DNA from: an uncultured Polynucleobacter sp.
GTDB taxonomy: Bacteria; Bdellovibrionota_B; Oligoflexia; Oligoflexales; RGVZ01
DNA length: 64,000 nt
Direction: 5' to 3'
NCBI GenBank assembly: GCA_964402975.1
Contig: CAYOEM010000005.1
Location: 39,730-103,729, forward strand
In this document: in pieces, positions 59,328 to 64,000 of the stretch
Numbering within the stretch: the first letter of the stretch is position 1
How the letters are laid out: every line of letters begins with the position of its first letter
Translations under genes and position numbers: made by a program
The notes under the pieces: generated by a model
Databases searched by the model: none
What the model saw: only the letters and a program-made list of their open reading frames with translations
Told to the model about the DNA's origin: nothing

Positions 59328-59353
59328 CCCTTGAATAAATAAAGGTGGTTTAG

Positions 59354-60625
59354 ATGTTTGGCTTCGGAAATATTCGTTCAGGCATTTCTGAACAAGAATT
59401 TATTACAGAGTACAACCGCTTCTCATACCGGGCGATTCTAGCGGGAACTATCTTTGGACTTTTATTCTTTAACTCTTATGCGATCTACGACTATTTCATC
59501 CAACCGGAAACTTTCTTTAAACACACCATAATAAGGCTCGGCTTTGTCACTCCAGTTTGTGTCAGCATTATAATCTTTCTTCGAAAGCCTAAAAATCGTG
59601 TCTTTACTCGACTAGCTATACTTCTTGGCGCTCTCACCCTGGCTCTTAGTACGGTTTACTTTTACAATAATAGCCTCAAGTCATTCACTAAAGCAGCGCC
59701 TGTGGGCCTTGTTTTTTTGATCTTATACATTTTGACTAGTATGCGTTTTTTGCAACGCGAAGCTTTGATATTCGTGGCCACGACAATGGCCGCGATTGTG
59801 CTGATTTTAGCTCAAAACAACGCAGACAAAGAGATCTGGGTTTCATACCTTTTTCATACTGGATTCGCCTGTGCAATGGGACTCGCCATCTGTCACACTT
59901 TGGAGAGATCCTGGCGTAAGATGGTCGAACAAAAAAAGATTGCCGAGCGACAAGAAGCCGAGGCCGCTAGGCTTCTGGAATCAATCTTCCCCATCAGTAT
60001 TGCTAATCGACTGCGTAAAAACTCCGAGTCTATTGCGGAACGCTGCGACCATGTCTCAATATTGTTCGCAGATATTCAAGGATTCACAGCGGCGGCCGCA
60101 CAATTATCCCCTAATGACCTCGTCAATGACCTTAATATCGTGTTTTCCCGAATAGATGATTTGTGCGCCAGACACGGATGTGAAAAGATCAAGACCATCG
60201 GGGATGCTTACTTGGCTGTTGCCGGAGTTCCGACGTATGCGCCTGACCACGCCGATCGCATAGTACGACTTGCTTTGGCCATGCGAGCTCTTAGTAAAGA
60301 GCTTACAATTGGCGGCCAGCCTGTGACATTTAGAATCGGCATCCACTCTGGACCTGTCGTGGCAGGAGTCATTGGGAAGTCGCGCTTTGCCTACGATCTT
60401 TGGGGTGACAGTGTCAATATGGCTAGCAGAATGGAGTCCATCGCTCCAAGTGGATCCATTCAAATTTCTGACGAAACAGCCAGTCTTTTGGGCTCCGCTT
60501 TTGTATTAGAATCACGGGGTAAGATATATGCCAAAGGCAAAGGCGAGGTCGCAACATGGCTTGTGACTGGAGAGGCGGTGCCACAGCCCGCATATCATAT
60601 CGAAGACAAAAAAAAATCGGCATAG
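59354..60625 (+). CDS. Membrane class III adenylate cyclase
   Basis: About 6 TMs; ILFADIQGFT, KIKTIGDAY, RIGIHSG, YDLWGDSVNMASRME (Lys/Asp pair indicating ATP specificity). Confidence 0.93.
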   Translation: MFGFGNIRSGISEQEFITEYNRFSYRAILAGTIFGLLFFNSYAIYDYFIQPETFFKHTIIRLGFVTPVCVSIIIFLRKPKNRVFTRLAILLGALTLALSTVYFYNNSLKSFTKAAPVGLVFLILYILTSMRFLQREALIFVATTMAAIVLILAQNNADKEIWVSYLFHTGFACAMGLAICHTLERSWRKMVEQKKIAERQEAEAARLLESIFPISIANRLRKNSESIAERCDHVSILFADIQGFTAAAAQLSPNDLVNDLNIVFSRIDDLCARHGCEKIKTIGDAYLAVAGVPTYAPDHADRIVRLALAMRALSKELTIGGQPVTFRIGIHSGPVVAGVIGKSRFAYDLWGDSVNMASRMESIAPSGSIQISDETASLLGSAFVLESRGKIYAKGKGEVATWLVTGEAVPQPAYHIEDKKKSA

Positions 60626-60723
60626 ATAAGGTATCTCGATCCTTTTGACGAAATTAGTATCTAACCCGTCAGCCATTAATCACAGATTTTCCGTTTAAAG
60701 CGCCATTAAACTGCAAGAGGTTT

Positions 60724-60739
60724 TGGACAACTTATTGCA
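60724..60739 (+). promoter_or_regulatory. Putative sigma54 -24/-12 promoter
   Basis: TGGACAACTTATTGCA (GG-N10-GC) 70 nt upstream of the SIMPL gene. Confidence 0.45.
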
Positions 60740-60809
60740 GCATAAACTCGTCATGCCTTGACTCACAGTCACGTCATAGTGCCACCATGAATTTTAGGGA
60801 GAATAACTT

Positions 60810-61583
60810 ATGCGATGGGCGTCTTTGATAACATACTGCACGATGATCTCCAGCCCCCTGATGGCGTCCGAGAATCCTGGCTCCGTGACTCTTGAGGGAC
60901 GTGGTTCGTCAAGTCACGCACCTGAGTTCGTGTCCTTAAGCGTAGCTGTAACCTCCATATGCTATAACTCCTCCACCGAAGCCGCTACGGCTAATTCTGA
61001 GATGGCCAATCGCATTTTAGGAGTCTTCAAAAATTTCAAACGCGCTGAAAAAGACCGCATCATAGCAACAGGTGGTGCCAACAGCATCCAAACGGAAACG
61101 ACCCAAGTCGGTACAGAGTCCAGGGTTTTGTGTGAAATGAAGTGGCGAGCTGAAAATTACTTAAAAATTGAGATGTCAAACATTGACGAACTTCCGCAAC
61201 TCCAAGATCAGGTTATGGCGGCCGTTCAGGGCATTGGTAACATAGATCCGGCTCAAGTGACGCAAACGTTTAGTGAGTTTGGAAAGCCGGAATTTCATCT
61301 GTATTCAGAGACAGCACAAAAGATGCGCGAATCTGCTCAAGTGTCGGCTTTTGACGACGCCAGATCACAGTTAAATGCATTGTCTACACGCTGTCAGTTC
61401 ACAAATCTCAGACTAATACGCCTCAGTCCCGCCGAGTACAGCTATATTTACAAGCTTGCGGGCGAACGAATGCCAGTCTTGACGACGTCCACGCCAGTGA
61501 TCCCCGATGAGCTAGAGGTCACGGCGACGCTTAGAATGGAGTGGGCTTTTGATCCAGGCAGCACGGCTTGCCGATTTCAGTGA
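60810..61583 (+). CDS. SIMPL (DUF541) domain secreted protein
   Basis: Signal peptide; VTLEGRG....PEFVSLSVAV, A..DAR..L..L, P.ELEVTATL. Confidence 0.75.
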   Translation: MRWASLITYCTMISSPLMASENPGSVTLEGRGSSSHAPEFVSLSVAVTSICYNSSTEAATANSEMANRILGVFKNFKRAEKDRIIATGGANSIQTETTQVGTESRVLCEMKWRAENYLKIEMSNIDELPQLQDQVMAAVQGIGNIDPAQVTQTFSEFGKPEFHLYSETAQKMRESAQVSAFDDARSQLNALSTRCQFTNLRLIRLSPAEYSYIYKLAGERMPVLTTSTPVIPDELEVTATLRMEWAFDPGSTACRFQ

Positions 61584-62359
61584 GTTCTTCGAAATTTGCG
61601 AGCGTCACGTCCCGCCTGATCAGTGACCGACTGCCACATCATAGGATCTCTCTCGGTGAGAGAGTGCGATCCCATGGGCACCCACCATTCGGCGTCAAAA
61701 TGTCTAAGGTGATTTGCATGAGCATGGGAAATATCAGTCGAGTGCAAAAGTGAAAAATCAACTTGATACCAGTTGGACCAGTGCTCCACCCGTTCGGCAA
61801 TCAATGCATAATAGTCTTCAAGGTCTTTTGGAGCTCGCCTGCAACCGTCTGAAGATCCCGTAATCACTCCTCCAGAAAAAACCATCGGACCACAGTCAGG
61901 AATACTAATGGGGTCAACAGTCGTCAGCATGCGGTAATTAAGATCACCAACTTGAATAACAAGGCTCATAGCCGTCCAACCACCGTGAGACTGACCCCAT
62001 ACATAAACCGGCGCTGACTCCCCTGCAACCTCTGCAGCAGATCGAACCACATCGTAGAAATCATCCCTCGTCATCGCCACGTCTACTATTCCGAGGTCTT
62101 CAGCCGTGACATAAATGGTCGATTCACTACCGATGGCATAGCATGTTCGGACCTGAACTGGCTCGTCGCCAGTGTCTCCCTTTAGACGCTCAATAAATTG
62201 ATCCATCTCCGCACCAGACCGGATCTCACTCGTTGAGCCCGCGATGGCGCAGGAACCGAAACCACCACTGAACACAGCCAGCGGTCTTGCCCATGCAGAC
62301 GCCGAAGACATGAGTCCTAGAAATAAGACGAGAACGGTTATGAAAGACTTCACTGACAT
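61577..62359 (-). CDS. Secreted alpha/beta-hydrolase (lipase-like)
   Basis: GGAGG RBS; signal peptide; WGQSHGGW nucleophile elbow; LTTVDPI; C-terminal His. Confidence 0.75.
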   Translation of the reverse strand: MSVKSFITVLVLFLGLMSSASAWARPLAVFSGGFGSCAIAGSTSEIRSGAEMDQFIERLKGDTGDEPVQVRTCYAIGSESTIYVTAEDLGIVDVAMTRDDFYDVVRSAAEVAGESAPVYVWGQSHGGWTAMSLVIQVGDLNYRMLTTVDPISIPDCGPMVFSGGVITGSSDGCRRAPKDLEDYYALIAERVEHWSNWYQVDFSLLHSTDISHAHANHLRHFDAEWWVPMGSHSLTERDPMMWQSVTDQAGRDARKFRRTH

Positions 62360-62485
62360 GAGATAACCTCCCAGGATTTGGGATAAAGTTTTGGTGGTGA
62401 TAAATTAATAAGCAGACCATATATCTGCCAAACCGAGGCAAATTTCAACCTTTTTGCACTAACCTGCGACAATTACTAGAAGATT

Positions 62486-62500
62486 CGCCGAGGATCGGCG
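62486..62500 (-). terminator. Possible terminator hairpin after the recombinase gene
   Basis: CGCCGA-gga-TCGGCG directly after the stop codon; weak U-tract. Confidence 0.35.
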
Positions 62501-62502
62501 TG

Positions 62503-63111
62503 CTACGAGGCTGCTTCTGCACCCTTCAAAGCTTTATGCACAGAACCGACCGAAATACCTAACTCGGCGGCAATGTCCTTGTAGCTGAGGCCTTTCGCAC
62601 GCAATTCACGTGCTTTTAAAACAGCCTCGTCATTAACTTTAACGGGAGCACCGAGAACGACACCTCTGCGCCGAGCGGCGTCAAGACCGCTTCGTACCCT
62701 TGCCACAATGGTCTCTCGCTCAATCTCTGCAATCTCAGCAAAAGCAGCTAGCATGGTTCTTCGAAACGGATTGGCGTGCCCTAAATTGAGAACGGGTTGT
62801 GTAACAGAAATAAATCCGACTCCGTACTCATCAAGCTCCAAGAGGGTTTTAATGGCAACCGTGGCATTACGACTAAGACGGTCTAAGCGGTAAACGACGA
62901 TGGTATCAATCTTACGATTGATGGCTAGACCGAGCAGCTCCTTGTAACCAGGCCTATTCTCGTGTTTTCCGGATAGACCCTCGTCCTGAATGACGTGGAC
63001 GCTCTTTGGCTTTTTGGGCAACTCAGCAAGCCAGCGATCAATAGCAACTTTTTGGCTATCAAGATCCTGCTTGTCGGTTGAAACGCGGTAATAGATCGCT
63101 ATTCGTTCCAT
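62503..63111 (-). CDS. Small serine recombinase (resolvase/invertase family) with C-terminal HTH
   Basis: YYRVST..Q, SG....RP, VYRLDRLSR, FAEIERE.I..R...GL..AR.RG...G, GLSYKDIAAELGIS. Confidence 0.93.
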   Translation of the reverse strand: MERIAIYYRVSTDKQDLDSQKVAIDRWLAELPKKPKSVHVIQDEGLSGKHENRPGYKELLGLAINRKIDTIVVYRLDRLSRNATVAIKTLLELDEYGVGFISVTQPVLNLGHANPFRRTMLAAFAEIAEIERETIVARVRSGLDAARRRGVVLGAPVKVNDEAVLKARELRAKGLSYKDIAAELGISVGSVHKALKGAEAAS

Positions 63112-63234
63112 CAAAGCCCCGCCTAAATCACAGTCCTCGTCTCATCATATCAAATTATCGCGTTCGCTTGGAGGACTTTGGCTTTAGTTTCCAACTAAAA
63201 CTACTTTTTCTTAGGCTTAGGTATTGGGGCTGCT

Positions 63235-63786
63235 TCAAGGCAACACAGCAGGCGCAACCTTTTGGGGAGTCGACTGCGCCTTAAGCTCGTCAATGGCTTT
63301 GGCTACATTCTTTGCGTCCAAGGCTGGATCGACGTCTTCAAAATGGCGTCGGATAATCAATTTGTCATCCAAGATAAACGTCTGCCGTTTTGCCATGGAT
63401 ATGACAGGCATCTTTACTTGGTAGGATTTGATGATCTTTGCATCCGCGTCACTCAGAAGATCAAAGGTCATTTTGTGTTCATCATGAAATTTTTTCTGGG
63501 CTGCAACGTCGTCTGCGCTAATTCCGTACACAACAGCACCTTTATCACGAATCACCCTAATTGAGTCGCGAAACGCACAGGCCTGCTTAGTACAACCAGG
63601 TGTCCCAGCCTTGGGATAAAAGAATAAAACTGTATATCCCTGACCCATGCGAGACGATAAGCTAAACTCCACGCCGTCCTGGTTTTTGGCCGTGAACTGC
63701 GGAGCTGGCTGACCAAGCATGGAATCTGCAAATAACGAGGGCGACCAAACGGCCGTTAAAAATACGATGACCCTTAAAAACTGCAT
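63235..63786 (-). CDS. bcp: Peroxiredoxin (BCP/PrxQ) with signal peptide
   Basis: FFYPKAGTPGCTKQACAFRD, GISAD, LLSD, RQTFI. Confidence 0.9.
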   Translation of the reverse strand: MQFLRVIVFLTAVWSPSLFADSMLGQPAPQFTAKNQDGVEFSLSSRMGQGYTVLFFYPKAGTPGCTKQACAFRDSIRVIRDKGAVVYGISADDVAAQKKFHDEHKMTFDLLSDADAKIIKSYQVKMPVISMAKRQTFILDDKLIIRRHFEDVDPALDAKNVAKAIDELKAQSTPQKVAPAVLP

Positions 63787-64000
63787 ACCCTGTCCCTCAA
63801 AAAAAATTAATCAATTCAGGTGATTGACTCGCGCTTTGTTGGATAACTCCTAGCCAACACCAACTTTAAACCGTATGCTATCATGTAAAGCCCAAAAACG
63901 AATTAAAAAGTCACCTGGACGCCAAAAGCTTTGATGAATATCTACTCAAAACTTAAAAATATTTTTTACCCACTAGACTCAAACTTGGAAGCGGCTTACC

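Noticed and set aside
60705-62448. gix/hix-like pieces (GAGGTTTTGGACAA near 60717, AGGATTTGGGATAA near 62373, AAACCGAGG near 62430) flanking the SIMPL/hydrolase pair as an invertible segment
   Set aside because: Only half-site matches (about 13-14 of 26 to gix), in direct rather than inverted orientation and not matching each other over a full site; the first overlaps a plausible sigma54 promoter

Overview
Gene-dense bacterial chromosomal window with about 58 CDS and one tRNA-Leu(CAA). No CRISPR array, rRNA, transposase or phage genes were seen. The mevalonate operon, futalosine genes, GYF-PilZ protein, many Cys-rich lipoproteins and sigma28-type promoters suggest a Bdellovibrionota/Oligoflexia-like organism (inference only). 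Recognisable housekeeping genes: rsmB, amn, ntrY/ntrX-like, rarD, rmuC, mvaA-PMK-mvaD-mvk-mqnD-mqnE, dedA, aat, kdsB-aroC-degP-pgeF, aroQ, pilM-pilN-pilP-pilQ, cbs, prlC, ubiB, purD, tal, panE-like, a class III cyclase, a serine recombinase and bcp. Most unusual observations: (1) a 1026-aa Ig-like lipoprotein with four exact-period 53-aa phage-like repeats, inside a tRNA-adjacent cluster carrying sigma28-like promoters; (2) MqnE fused to a second, cluster-less MqnC/E-like barrel; (3) a pil operon lacking pilO, with three GTCAA-N4-TTGAC (FleQ-box-like) palindromes upstream of both pilM and pilP; (4) a degenerate ECF sigma (possible sigma mimic) in an operon with an anti-sigma and aat; (5) a PurD-Maf fusion; (6) a lipoprotein with a Cys-repeat segment and a prion-like Y/N/G/S tail; (7) a POTRA/barrel-DUF4390-NtrYX module; (8) an orphan serine recombinase. 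All family calls come from motif recognition by eye, not database searches.
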